This document shows positions 8,856 to 18,943 of a stretch of DNA of 64,000 nucleotides, in pieces (within the stretch, counting starts at the first letter, position 1; each line of letters starts with the position of its first letter). The position numbers and the translations under genes are program-made. The notes below the pieces were generated by a model. It saw nothing but the letters and a program-made list of their open reading frames with translations, ran no database searches and was not told where the DNA came from. Origin of the DNA: an uncultured Rhodospirillaceae bacterium (GTDB lineage Bacteria; Pseudomonadota; Alphaproteobacteria; UBA6615); NCBI GenBank assembly GCA_964530225.1, contig CAZHBA010000104.1:15178-79177 (forward strand), read 5' to 3'.

Positions 8856-9776
8856 TCAGCTGCGCTCCACCAGATGCTGGCGTACAAACTTAGCATTGCG
8901 CTTAGCAGCTTGGGTCTTGAAATCGTCAGATGAATACAGCCCGATATGAGTTACCTTCTTCATCACCGAAAGTTCCTTGTTGACAGACGGTATTCGATTA
9001 AATGCTTCAACTTGCAGATCCCAAGGAGTGTGTTCGTCGCCTTCTACAATGAGCATTTGGGTCGGTGTGTTGAGGTTCCGTTTGAGATGGCTCATTACCG
9101 AATACTGCATCAGATTTTCGGCCGATTCGACCGTACTCATCCGATTGTAATTAGGAGCGTAAGACTCGCGCGCCGACGAGAAAAATTTCATCGACGGCTG
9201 GAATGGCCAGACACAAAGCTCTTTGTCGGGGTCTTCTACATTGTGCGGAATATGGCCTTCCGGCTCGCCCCGGGAACGGCGTTCCCGGTCTTCCATGATT
9301 GCCGCTTCCAGCTTCGCGAAGCGGCCCTTTCCGTAACCATGGACAAGCCGCATCGATTCATAGCCATCAATAACCGGTATCACCGACACCGCACAACGCA
9401 CGCGCGGGTCTATGCCTGCGAGAATGAGCGCGTGACCGCCCGCAAAAGATATGCCCCAAACGCCAAGACGCTCAGCGTCCACCTCCGGCAGGGTGGCTGC
9501 AAAGCTGAGTGCGTTGCGGTAGTCTTCGATCTGCATCCAAGGGTCAATATGCTGACGCTGAACGCCGTCACTATCTCCGAAGCCCCTATAATCGAAACGC
9601 AGCGTCGCACAACCCACGGCAGCCAACTCAGCCGCGTAGGTAGGCATCACGATCTCTTTGACGTAGCACCAGCCCCCCGCAACCACCAGAAGCGGGTGAG
9701 GCCCGTCGCCCTCTGGCATATTTAGAACACCAACTAACTTGATGCCCTTGCTCATAAATTCTACGTTCTTTTCCAT
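8856..9776 (-). CDS. Alpha/beta-hydrolase fold protein
   Basis: 306 aa with the nucleophile-elbow GxSxG context (LGVWGISFAGGHA), a downstream Asp/His, and [10 protein letters not shown] near the N-terminus. Confidence 0.65.
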   Translation of the reverse strand: MEKNVEFMSKGIKLVGVLNMPEGDGPHPLLVVAGGWCYVKEIVMPTYAAELAAVGCATLRFDYRGFGDSDGVQRQHIDPWMQIEDYRNALSFAATLPEVDAERLGVWGISFAGGHALILAGIDPRVRCAVSVIPVIDGYESMRLVHGYGKGRFAKLEAAIMEDRERRSRGEPEGHIPHNVEDPDKELCVWPFQPSMKFFSSARESYAPNYNRMSTVESAENLMQYSVMSHLKRNLNTPTQMLIVEGDEHTPWDLQVEAFNRIPSVNKELSVMKKVTHIGLYSSDDFKTQAAKRNAKFVRQHLVERS

Positions 9777-9957
9777 TGCAGTCTCCAGCCTGAGCGCGTT
9801 AGTGGCTCTATATTATCCTTCGACAATTAGGCATTCTGGATTTCGAGTCGCCAATAAATCACGGTTCAGAGATCATCGGTAAGCCCTTAAAAAGCCGTAC
9901 TTATGTTACCCCAAAAGAAAAAAGAGCCAGCAGGTTTTCGCTAACTCTTTGAAATTA

Positions 9958-10033
9958 TGGTGCCGCCTGTTGGACTCGAACCAACGACCCCCGCATTACG
10001 AATGCGATGCTCTACCAACTGAGCTAAGGCGGC
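9958..10033 (-). tRNA. tRNA-Thr (anticodon CGU)
   Basis: Reverse complement GCCGCCTTAGCTCAGTTGGTAGAGCATCGCATTCGTAATGCGGGGGTCGTTGGTTCGAGTCCAACAGGCGGCACCA folds as a cloverleaf. It has a 7-bp acceptor stem, D-arm GCTC/GAGC, anticodon loop TTCGTAA (anticodon CGT), T-loop TTCGAGT and a 3' CCA. Confidence 0.85.
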
Positions 10034-10100
10034 GCCTAGGCTAGTATGTTCGCCCACTTAGGACCGGACGCGCTGCCGGTCAAGCCTTTTACGTCACCCC

Positions 10101-11155
10101 TTAAGAGGCTTGCGCGAATTGGCCCGCTGCGGCGCCGGCGATTTTGCCGAACACTGCGCCCGAGGTCAGACCGGTGCCGCCGGGATAATTGAAATAGAAG
10201 ATGCCGCCAACCAGCTCCCCGGCCGCATAAAGGCCGGGGATCGGCCGTGAGCCCAGGTCGAGCACGTTAGCCGCGTGGTCGATGCGCAGGCCGCCGAAGG
10301 TGAAGGTGAGCCCACAGATCACCGCGTAGGCCTCAAACGGCGACCCGTCGATGGTATTGGCCCAGTTGGTCTTGTCGACTGCCAGGCCGGTGGTGCCCCG
10401 CCCGTCCTTGACGTTGGGATCGAACGGGACAGCGGTCTGCACCGCCGTGTTGTAGACCTTGATTTCGGCCAGCGCGGCGGCGGTGTCAACACCGTCGAGC
10501 TTAGCGATCAATTCCTCCAACGTGTCGGCGCTCACCTTGGTCACCCGGCGAATGCGGTACTCGTCGCGCAACAGGTGGCTTACCTTGGCGTCGAAAATTT
10601 TCCAGGCGAACTGTCCCGGTTGCTCGAGGATCACCTTTCCGTATTTAGCGTAGGTGTAGTTGCGAAAGTCGGCCCCCTCGTCGACGAAGCGCCGGCCGGT
10701 GGAGTTGACCATGATGCCCCAGGGATAGGAGTGCTTCTGGAAATTATCGCCGACCGTGAGGTCGCCGAACTCGGGCGCATTGCGGTCCCAACCAACGGCG
10801 TGGCGCCCGACCAGTTGCCGTAGGGCTGGGCGCCGATATCGAGCGCCATGCGGATGCCGTCGCCCATGTTGAAGCGCGAGCCGCGCACCTTGGCGAGGTC
10901 CCAGCCAGGACCAAGATAGCGCGTGCGCCACTCAGTGTTGGCTTCGAAACCGCTGCTAGCTAGCACCACCGCCTTGGCACCGATGGTGATGGTGCTATCC
11001 AGTTGGCGCACGTGGCCGCCGTGCACCCCGGCGGCGTCGTGGACCAGGGAAACCGCACGGCTGTCGTAGAGTATGTCGATACCGCACGTCCGCGCCGACG
11101 CGATCAGGGCGTCGACTACAGGACATAAGGACTTGAAGATGTTGAAACGATACAC
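10101..11155 (-). pseudogene. FAD-dependent oxidoreductase (TcuA / fumarate-reductase-flavoprotein-like) remnant, frameshifted and 5'-truncated
   Basis: Two overlapping minus ORFs (10631-11155 and 10101-10931) carry consecutive parts of one flavoprotein (…ASSGFEANTEWRTRYLGPGWD…QPYGNWSG | HAVGWDRNAPEFGDLTVGDNFQKHSYPWGIMVN…GLYAAGE). They are joined by a -1 frameshift near 10805-10815. The N-terminal FAD-binding GxGxxG region is missing. The ORF stops being protein-like exactly at the AT-rich boundary at ~11156. Confidence 0.6.
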
Positions 11156-11409
11156 CTATCTCAAGGCTGAAGATCTGGCTCTTAAACTGGGGTGATAATA
11201 ATATACACCACTATCATTACTGATGAGTTTTTAGCATTTAATTAAACACCCGCTAGAATAGCCTGTATGGACTCAGGAGACTCATATCTGATGGGTATGG
11301 TGTGGGTTATGGTGTGTCCTGTTTGAGCCTCAGTGACTCCGTATGGGTCTCTATGACCCCTTTAGCTATGGTATTAACAATCGCCATGAAATGTGTCAGA
11401 CTTTTTGTT

Positions 11410-11784
11410 ATGAAAAAACTGACCACCACACTCTGCCTGACTGTTGCCCTGCTATTTGGATGTACGGGGGTGTGTATGAGCGCCGATCCAGCAAAAGGTT
11501 TGCTTGATTTAAAGTCTAGTTTGGTTGCTTATTCTTGTGATGATTATAAGGGTCCCATACCCCAAAATGCCAATCCCAACAATCGGGGCCCCTATTATTT
11601 TGAAATTGATTTTGATCAAAAAAAGGTCAGTGAAAAATCCGTATTAGATGGTTATTGGAGCCATTGGTATCAAGCCGCTATTACCAACGAAAAAATCGTC
11701 TGGTCTAATCACCACAAATGTAAAATTGCTTTCGATAAAGAAAATGAAGAAATAGAAATTACGTTTCCCGATAAGGTCGACTAA
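11410..11784 (+). CDS. Hypothetical lipoprotein (orphan, in AT-rich insert)
   Basis: ATG 11410 gives MKKLTTTLCLTVALLFGCTG, a signal peptide with lipobox-like LFGC. 124 aa in a region of ~40% GC. No family recognised. Confidence 0.45.
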   Translation: MKKLTTTLCLTVALLFGCTGVCMSADPAKGLLDLKSSLVAYSCDDYKGPIPQNANPNNRGPYYFEIDFDQKKVSEKSVLDGYWSHWYQAAITNEKIVWSNHHKCKIAFDKENEEIEITFPDKVD

Positions 11785-12642
11785 GGAATTTGGTCAGGAT
11801 GCTACAAGGTTGAGCCTCGAAAAAACTCCAAATGATTTGGGTCCATCAACCTCAGTTAGTAAGGACGATTCTTTTAATGAAGCAAAGATGACGACCTCTG
11901 ATGAGATCATCATCATTGGGTCTCCATACATAAAATATAAATAGAGAAGCGTGATATATCATTATACGACTGTTTTTTTAGGACGATAGACCCACAGTTC
12001 TAGCTGAGTAACTCCAGAAGCTATTATTACATTATTTATGCAGGGTGTATTTCTTTGGGTGGTCTTCCTTTCTTGCTCCAATTTTGCGCCAATGAAACCC
12101 GGATGGGACCCATAATAATTTTGTAGGATTCACATAAGTTCTTATTAATGCTACAATATTTTTCAGGATTAAAAGCTTGAGATGTCTACCCCCGCATTAC
12201 GCGTGTATTTACCGTTGACATCCTCCAGCTAATCGTAGGTTCGCCAAAAGTTGTTGGCCAAAAAGCGGGCATTGTTGGTGCAACCAGCACCATCAGGCTC
12301 GGCGCAAAGGCGGGCTCCACCAGCAACAGGTCCGCGGCCATCACCGTCGTTCGTGGTGACTGAAATCGAGGCCGTTGACTTCGTCGCCGGCATCGATATC
12401 GATGGCGATACCAGCATCGTCTAAAACCAGTTTTGTCAGTTTTGTTTCAGGGTCGCGCACCATCTCCGCAACGGGCGAATAGGCTGACGGGAAAAATAGC
12501 CGGTTTTTGTCGTGCAGGGTTGATTCGGCCATGTGCGAACAACGCTGTTGTAGCGGCGCGCCGATGGCGAGCCTTTCGGTGCCGCTCATTCAATACCCAT
12601 ATAATTAATGTAAGGTTAAAATGGACCGGAATGGCCTAGAAT

Positions 12643-14064
12643 TTAGCCAGTTTGAACCGCTTCGCCCGCATCCGCCTCTGCAGCACCCTCGTTCGGCACA
12701 GCGGAGTTCGGTTCCGGCCCGGATTCGTTCACTGTTTCCGGTGAAACGGTGGGTGCAATGACCGCCCGGTGCACACGTGGCGGCTGCTTCCACGATAGCG
12801 TTGCGAAAGAACTGCAATGGCCGCATACCGCCGACCAATCGTCGGCCACAGTCCCACAACTGGCGCACACCCACGCCTTATCGGCCTCGGCATCAACGGC
12901 TCTATCGATCCAGCGCCGCGCTCCCACATCGTTCTGCGTTTCAGCTTCTTCCAATTGCGCCCACAAACGGAACACCCGGGCAGTCGGCGCTAGCGTTTCT
13001 AGCGTTTCCAGTTGTTGTTTGGCTTCGCCCCACAACTTCGCCACCACCGCGACTTCGGCAATGGCGAATTGGCTTTCCGGATGGTCTCGATTATCCTTGG
13101 TCAACTGGGCAATAGCGCGATAGCGGTCGAGCGGCACCGCGTCGCCAGCAATATCCAGATAGACGGCGGCCAACCCCGGATGGGGTGCGTCGCGCCAGGT
13201 CCGCTCCAACACCTTGCGCGCCCGACGCACACGGCCGTCGTCCGCCACCAAGCGCGCCAAGAGTTCGGCAGCGGGTGGCAGTGCAGGATCGAGGTCGTGG
13301 GCTCGGCGAACCTGTTCGAAGGCATCGGACAAGGCGCCACGATCTAGCGCAGCGCGGGCCCGCTCGGTCAGCAATGCGGCTTGCTGGTGGCGGCCTACTT
13401 CGGCAGGCAGCCGTTTGCGACGCTGTGCTTCTTCCACAAGTTTTTGCGCCGCCCGCCAGCGACCAGCCTTACTGTGCAACGACACTAACGTATCGAGCAG
13501 CCACGGCGCTGAGGGCTGCAACGGATAGGCGCGCTGCGCATATTCCAACGCGCGCTCGTCATCGTTGTCGCGTAAGGCCTGTAGGATAAGGCCGCGAAGC
13601 CCCAGAAACTCTGTCTCCGGGCGCCCCAGCATTTGCTCGAAACAGCGCCGCGCGGTCGCCTCGTCACCGTCGAGTTGCGCGGCTTGCGCTGACAGCAGCA
13701 GCGTCAGGGGTGGCGCCTTCAACAGCGAGTCGGCGCGGCGCGCCAGCTTACGGGCGGCCATCGCGTCGCCCGCCGCGACCGCCGCCAGACCGTCGGTCAG
13801 CGCGCGATACCCGCCTGCTTCGCGGCGATGACGGCGTGCGACCATATACTCGCGCGGCCACCACCGCAACCAGCGCCATACGGCGTACAACATCGCCACC
13901 GCCACCACGACAGCGAATACGATCAGTGCCAACATTCCAACCGTCGTCTCTAACCGCCAACCCTGCCAGTCAATTGCCACAACGCCCGGTCGGTCAGCTA
14001 ACCAGACCGCAAGCGCCACAACAAATGTGACCTCAACAAAAAAGATTAACGCCCGGCGCATCAT
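12643..14064 (-). CDS. hemY: HemY-like heme-biosynthesis-associated TPR membrane protein
   Basis: N-terminal HemY_N pattern (two TM helices, WPREYMVARRHRREAGG), TPR-like helical body and a C-terminal Cys-rich zinc-ribbon (CASCG…CGHC). ATGA overlap with the upstream hemX-like gene. Confidence 0.75.
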   Translation of the reverse strand: MMRRALIFFVEVTFVVALAVWLADRPGVVAIDWQGWRLETTVGMLALIVFAVVVAVAMLYAVWRWLRWWPREYMVARRHRREAGGYRALTDGLAAVAAGDAMAARKLARRADSLLKAPPLTLLLSAQAAQLDGDEATARRCFEQMLGRPETEFLGLRGLILQALRDNDDERALEYAQRAYPLQPSAPWLLDTLVSLHSKAGRWRAAQKLVEEAQRRKRLPAEVGRHQQAALLTERARAALDRGALSDAFEQVRRAHDLDPALPPAAELLARLVADDGRVRRARKVLERTWRDAPHPGLAAVYLDIAGDAVPLDRYRAIAQLTKDNRDHPESQFAIAEVAVVAKLWGEAKQQLETLETLAPTARVFRLWAQLEEAETQNDVGARRWIDRAVDAEADKAWVCASCGTVADDWSAVCGHCSSFATLSWKQPPRVHRAVIAPTVSPETVNESGPEPNSAVPNEGAAEADAGEAVQTG

Positions 14065-15344
14065 GAGCCGCCGCTGTCCGCTTGCAAGCGCGCAATCGCC
14101 AGCGCTTCAAGCTCACCGACCGCGACCTCAACATCACGCCGCGACTGCGCATCAACCAGCCAGGTTGCCGCAGTCGTCGCCGCCGCGCCGGTCAAACCAT
14201 CCAATTCGGCTACCGCACCGCCCAAATCGCCAACGTTTAGTTTTGCCTCAGCGCGGGCGACCTGCGCGCCTGGCGTATCACCCGGCACATCTGCACCGAT
14301 ACGTCGGATCGACACGGTGTTGCGTATGCGGTGCCAGGTTCGTTCTGTCCAACCCCTAGCTGCCTCGGTATCGGCGGTGGCGACGATATTGCGTGCAATA
14401 CCCGGAAACGACTGCAGCAACGCGTCGCGGGTTGGAGCGCCGGTTGTGGCGCGCACAGCCAGCCGGTCGAGGATCATGCTAACAGTGTCATCGCCCACGG
14501 ACAAAGCGCGCAGGCTTACCAGCACATTTTCGTAAGCGCTGCCGTTGTCCAACGCGCGTTGCAATCTGCCGACGGCCAGAGCCATGCCAATGGAACCCGC
14601 AATACTTCGGCCTGGGTCTGATCTGGTTTCGCCAAGCGTGGAAAGTTGTTCGCGCAAATTAGCAATTTCACTCTGCGCCGCCGCAACCGCGGCCTTTGTG
14701 GACTTTGCTTCACGTGCAGCCTTGGCTTGGATCCAATCAATCTCCGTTTCCGTTTCTTCAAAGCGGTCAATGATTCGACCGATATCTTCGTTGGGCCCAG
14801 CGAATTCCACTTGCTTCTTGGCAATCCGATCAAGCGCTGTGCGCAATTTCGCGAGATCGTCGGCGAATTGCTGCTGGAATTTTCCCGTATCGCCAGTTCT
14901 CGGCTCCGTTTCCAATAACGTCAGCCGTTCAGCAATTTCGGTGAAATCGACGCCTTGGCGATCACTGAGCACCGACCAGCCACCGGCAGCAATGGCGGCG
15001 ATTAAAGCGATGACGGCGATGAAAAATGCACCACGGTCGCTTTGCTTCCAAGCACTGACGCCGGTTTGTGGTTGTGACCGCGAATTTACCGGTGATTCGG
15101 TAGCGAGCTCTTGTTGCACTCCAACGGGCTCGTGGGTCCCTGTGATATCGGTGAGATCGACATTGTGAGTTTTGGCAGCGGCAAATATGTTGGCGACGCG
15201 GTTTGCCGGGATAGCGTTGCGTTGTTTCCACCCTTGTACAGTGCTCACCGGCACGCCGAGCTTATGGGCCATTGGCCGAATGCCGCCAAATGCTGCGATA
15301 ACCGCAGCACATTCTTGCAGATTAGTATCTATGTGATCGTTCAT
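14061..15344 (-). CDS. HemX-like / mitofilin-type membrane protein of the hemCDXY cluster
   Basis: N-terminal HTH-like segment (MAHKLGVPVSTVQGWKQRNAIPANR), a single TM helix (FFIAVIALIAAIAAGGW) and a coiled-coil rich periplasmic part. Sits between hemD and hemY. Confidence 0.6.
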   Translation of the reverse strand: MNDHIDTNLQECAAVIAAFGGIRPMAHKLGVPVSTVQGWKQRNAIPANRVANIFAAAKTHNVDLTDITGTHEPVGVQQELATESPVNSRSQPQTGVSAWKQSDRGAFFIAVIALIAAIAAGGWSVLSDRQGVDFTEIAERLTLLETEPRTGDTGKFQQQFADDLAKLRTALDRIAKKQVEFAGPNEDIGRIIDRFEETETEIDWIQAKAAREAKSTKAAVAAAQSEIANLREQLSTLGETRSDPGRSIAGSIGMALAVGRLQRALDNGSAYENVLVSLRALSVGDDTVSMILDRLAVRATTGAPTRDALLQSFPGIARNIVATADTEAARGWTERTWHRIRNTVSIRRIGADVPGDTPGAQVARAEAKLNVGDLGGAVAELDGLTGAAATTAATWLVDAQSRRDVEVAVGELEALAIARLQADSGGS

Positions 15345-15452
15345 CCGAATTTAAGCTCCGTTTATGCGTACGTATGTACGTGTACGCTCTAAATATCAGA
15401 ACAACTATAGCAGAGTTGTCGTAAAACGTAAGCGTTTACACACGTACATACA

Positions 15453-16181
15453 TTAAATGTTGCCAATTAATTCGGCGAATAAACAGTCTTGATTGGGAGC
15501 CTCGGCAATGCGGATTTCGGCGAAGGTCAACGCTCTCAGGGCCTCGGCAACCGTCACGCTAAGGCAACAGGCGACAATCTGCCGGCAGTTCAGTTCCAAA
15601 CCAGCCACGGCAACCAATTTTACGAAATAGGCTGCAGTGCGGGGCGAATAAAACAGCACCGAGTCAATAGTCCCTTCAACAAGCGCGCTATGCGCGGTCT
15701 CCGGCAGTGTATCGACCGTTTGCGCCCGATAGAGCTGGCAACGGCGGACGACATATTGAAAACTGGCCAACTCTGTACCCAAATCACCAGCGACGGTGCT
15801 ACCGGTGACATGCACTAGCGCGCCCGCTAACGGATCGAGCTCCGTACACACAATCGCCGCCAACGCCCCGACATCACCCCCTGCGCTTGTCACATCGGTA
15901 AAACCGCATTCGGCTGCCGTCCGGGCGCTAGCATCGCCGACGGTGTAGACTGGCACGTCACGCTCTTGCATTGCCCGCGACAACGCACGCACGCCATTAG
16001 CACTGGTTACCAAGATCGCCTGCACGGCCGCCAGGTCGACGGTCGCGCCGGGGACATAGCTGATGTTGATCAGCGGCGCGATAACCGCCTCGATACCTTG
16101 AACCGTGAGCAGCCGCGCCGACTCTTCGGCGTCAGCGCGCGGCCGGGTCAGCAACACACGCATGGAAACTCCGCCAGTCAC
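15453..16181 (-). CDS. hemD: Uroporphyrinogen-III synthase
   Basis: 242 aa with a HemD-like N-terminus (RVLLTRPRADAEESARLL). 4-nt start/stop overlap with hemC. Confidence 0.7.
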   Translation of the reverse strand: MTGGVSMRVLLTRPRADAEESARLLTVQGIEAVIAPLINISYVPGATVDLAAVQAILVTSANGVRALSRAMQERDVPVYTVGDASARTAAECGFTDVTSAGGDVGALAAIVCTELDPLAGALVHVTGSTVAGDLGTELASFQYVVRRCQLYRAQTVDTLPETAHSALVEGTIDSVLFYSPRTAAYFVKLVAVAGLELNCRQIVACCLSVTVAEALRALTFAEIRIAEAPNQDCLFAELIGNI

Positions 16182-17098
16182 ACCAGTTCTTCGAAAAATT
16201 TGGGACCGGCGCGCCGGCGTAACTCCTCGCCAACAACAGTACCGATAGCGACGGCATCGACACTGTCGCCCGTCTGGGAAAAACGCTCCAACCCGCTACC
16301 GTTAGGCCATACCAGCAATCCGTCAAGCGAGAGCTGGTTGCCATCGAGAGTAGCAAGACCGCCAATAGGCGTGCGGCAAGTGCCGTCGAGTGCCGCTAGC
16401 ATCGCCCGTTCAGCGGTGACGCATAGCGCCGTTGGCCCATCGTTGAGTGGTGCCAGCAGCAACGCGGTTTGAGCATCGTCGGCACAGCGTTCGATGGCGA
16501 CTACGCCCTGAGCAATGGCGGGCAGAAACTCAGCCGGTTCGAGCACCGCGCCGATGGCGTCGGCCCGGCCGAGCCGCTTGAGACCGGCGACGGCGAGCAA
16601 GGTCGCATCTACTTCGCCAGCTGCGAGCTTGTCAAGGCGGGTACCGACATTGCCGCGCATCAGGGTGATCGTCAGATCGGGCCGTACTGCCAGCAGCTGC
16701 GCGCTACGGCGCAACGAGGCGGTGCCCACCCGCGCACCGCCGGGCAATGCGCCAATCGACGCCGCACCCAACAATGTGTCGCGGGGATCTTCGCGCGGTA
16801 TAAAGCAATCGACGGCCAACCAGTCGGGCAACCAGGTCTCGACATCCTTCATAGAATGCACGGCGATATCGATGGCGCCGTCGAGCAAGGCCTGCTCGAT
16901 TTCCTTGGTAAACAGTCCCTTGCCGCCAAGATCCGCCAGTGGCCGGTCGGTAATCTGGTCGCCGGTGGTCTTTATGACGTGCAGTTCGGGCTTGGGATTA
17001 TTGGGATACGCGGCAACCAACATGTCGCGCACCTGGTTGGATTGGGCCAACGCCAGCGGGCTGCCACGGGTACCGATGCGAAGGGGTTGCGGTGTCAT
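16178..17098 (-). CDS. hemC: Hydroxymethylbilane synthase (porphobilinogen deaminase)
   Basis: LRIGTRGSPLALAQSNQV…IAVHSMKDV…GSCRTPIGG-type motifs, 306 aa. Confidence 0.85.
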   Translation of the reverse strand: MTPQPLRIGTRGSPLALAQSNQVRDMLVAAYPNNPKPELHVIKTTGDQITDRPLADLGGKGLFTKEIEQALLDGAIDIAVHSMKDVETWLPDWLAVDCFIPREDPRDTLLGAASIGALPGGARVGTASLRRSAQLLAVRPDLTITLMRGNVGTRLDKLAAGEVDATLLAVAGLKRLGRADAIGAVLEPAEFLPAIAQGVVAIERCADDAQTALLLAPLNDGPTALCVTAERAMLAALDGTCRTPIGGLATLDGNQLSLDGLLVWPNGSGLERFSQTGDSVDAVAIGTVVGEELRRRAGPKFFEELV

Positions 17099-17181
17099 GG
17101 TTTGGTCATAGCCCTAGACACGCCGGATGAAAAGAAGTGCTTTCGCTAGTCCAGCGGCTCCTAAGGCGCTATATGCCACCC

Positions 17182-18225
17182 ATGTACGTCCTTGGCATCG
17201 AAACAAGCTGCGACGAGACGGCGGCAGCGGTGGTTGCGGACGACCGCCGGATTTTGTCGAACGTTGTGCTCAGCCAGCTCGACGAGCACCGGCCCTATGG
17301 CGGCGTCGTGCCCGAGATTGCCGCACGGGCCCATCTCGACCATCTCGATGGAATTATCAGTCAGGCCATGGATGAGGCCGAGATCGGCTTCGACGCGCTG
17401 GATGGCATCGCAGCGACCGGTGGGCCGGGCCTGATCGGCGGCGTCATGGTCGGGGTGATGACAGCCAAGGCAATCGCCGCCGTGCACGGCCTACCCTTTC
17501 TAGCAATCAACCACTTGGAGGGCCATGCCTTAAGCGCGCGTCTTACCGACGCGCCGGGCTTTCCCTATCTGCTGCTGCTGGTATCGGGTGGCCACTGCCA
17601 GCTGCTGGCGGTCGAGGGTGTTGGCGATTATGTCCGGCTCGGCGGCACCATCGACGATGCCATTGGCGAAGCGTTCGACAAAACCGCCAAGCTGCTCGGC
17701 CTCGGTTATCCTGGCGGACCGGCGCTTGAAACCGCGGCAGTGTCCGGCGACCCCAACCGGTTCGCCCTGCCGCGACCCCTGGCACACCGGCCCGGTTGCG
17801 ACTTTTCCTTTTCCGGCCTCAAGACCGCGGTGCGCCATGCCGCCGCAAAACTTCCCGGCAAAACTCTTTCGCCCGGCGATGCCATCGACCTCGCCGCATC
17901 ATTCCAGGCCACCGTCGGTGATATTCTGGTCGACCGTTGTCGAAACGCTTTGGAAAGTTACGTTCAGGCTTATCCCGATGCCGCGCCTCTGCTGGTGGTC
18001 GCTGGTGGCGTCGCAGCGAACCAACATTTGCGCAACTGTCTCAGCGAACTTTGCGAACGCCGCCAAACCCGTCTGATCGTACCGCCACCCGAGCTGTGTA
18101 CCGACAACGCGGCAATGATCGCCTGGGCCGGCATCGAGCATCTGCACAACGGCACATCTGACGGCCTCGATTTCGCGCCACGGCCTCGCTGGCCACTCGA
18201 TGAAAGCAGGGGTGCCACCGCCTGA
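17182..18225 (+). CDS. tsaD: tRNA N6-adenosine threonylcarbamoyltransferase TsaD (Kae1/Gcp family)
   Basis: [18 protein letters not shown]…[15 protein letters not shown]…[14 protein letters not shown], with metal-binding His pair and family length. Divergent from hemC as in many alphaproteobacteria. Start could instead be ATG 17137 or 17173. Confidence 0.85.
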   Translation: MYVLGIETSCDETAAAVVADDRRILSNVVLSQLDEHRPYGGVVPEIAARAHLDHLDGIISQAMDEAEIGFDALDGIAATGGPGLIGGVMVGVMTAKAIAAVHGLPFLAINHLEGHALSARLTDAPGFPYLLLLVSGGHCQLLAVEGVGDYVRLGGTIDDAIGEAFDKTAKLLGLGYPGGPALETAAVSGDPNRFALPRPLAHRPGCDFSFSGLKTAVRHAAAKLPGKTLSPGDAIDLAASFQATVGDILVDRCRNALESYVQAYPDAAPLLVVAGGVAANQHLRNCLSELCERRQTRLIVPPPELCTDNAAMIAWAGIEHLHNGTSDGLDFAPRPRWPLDESRGATA

Positions 18226-18294
18226 CAGTGGCTTGCACCGGCTAGGCCGGTATGGCCATAAAGGGGCCATCCGAACGGGAAGGGCATTCGAAAG

Positions 18295-18936
18295 ATGGCC
18301 GAGACATCCAAACCAAGCGCCAAGATCGAGCTGCACACACTGTTCTCCACACCGGTTGCCGTCGCTATCCTACCCGACACCGGGCCGCTTAATAGAGCGC
18401 TGCACGCGACGATCCTGACGCAGGAAAAATCGTACCCTTCGACCAAACATTCGAACCTGGGCGGCTGGCAACCGACGGGGGATATCGACGAGTGGGGCGG
18501 TGAGAAAATACGTAATATCCTCACCTTCACGCGTCAATTCGCCGACAAGCTGACAGTCAATCGGCAGGGTCAGCCGGCGCTGCAAAATTGGCTGATGAAC
18601 GCTTGGGCCAACGTCAGCCAGCTAGGCCACGGTAACGAGTTCCACACCCACCCCAGCCGCGTTTTGTCGGCCTGCTATTATGTAGGGGATGGCGGCATCA
18701 CCGACGATCTCTCGGTAGGCGGTCAATTCAAGATACAAGATCCGCGCGGTGTCGCACCAGCGATATTCCAGCCCAATCTGGCGCCCAACGTTCCCAACAA
18801 CGCCGCGTTTGGCGCCAGAGAAATAATCAGCCCAACCGCCGGCACCATACTGACGTTCCCCTCCTGGCTGTCCCATGCGGCGCGGCCCTACACCGGCGGC
18901 GACGTGCGCATCTCCGCCGCCATGAATTTGAGCTGA
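18295..18936 (+). CDS. Conserved hypothetical protein, TIGR02466-like (PhyH/2OG-oxygenase-like fold)
   Basis: 213 aa with …GGWQPTGDI…NAWANVSQLGHGNEFHTHP…FPSWLSHAA. This pattern belongs to a widely conserved proteobacterial family of unknown function. Confidence 0.5.
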   Translation: MAETSKPSAKIELHTLFSTPVAVAILPDTGPLNRALHATILTQEKSYPSTKHSNLGGWQPTGDIDEWGGEKIRNILTFTRQFADKLTVNRQGQPALQNWLMNAWANVSQLGHGNEFHTHPSRVLSACYYVGDGGITDDLSVGGQFKIQDPRGVAPAIFQPNLAPNVPNNAAFGAREIISPTAGTILTFPSWLSHAARPYTGGDVRISAAMNLS

Positions 18937-18943
18937 GAGCGCG

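Noticed and set aside
10275-10823. 182-aa plus-strand ORF antisense to the flavoprotein pseudogene
   Set aside because: Antisense shadow ORF of a GC-rich coding remnant. No independent signals.
12341-12589. 82-aa minus ORF between the AT-rich insert and hemY
   Set aside because: No recognisable motif and an Asp/Ile-rich repetitive tail. It could be a fragment of a gene disrupted by the AT-rich insertion, but there is not enough evidence to call it.
13012-14030. Multiple overlapping Arg/Pro/Ala-rich ORFs on both strands inside hemY
   Set aside because: Same high-GC off-frame artefact. The hemY frame carries the conserved HemY_N and TPR features.
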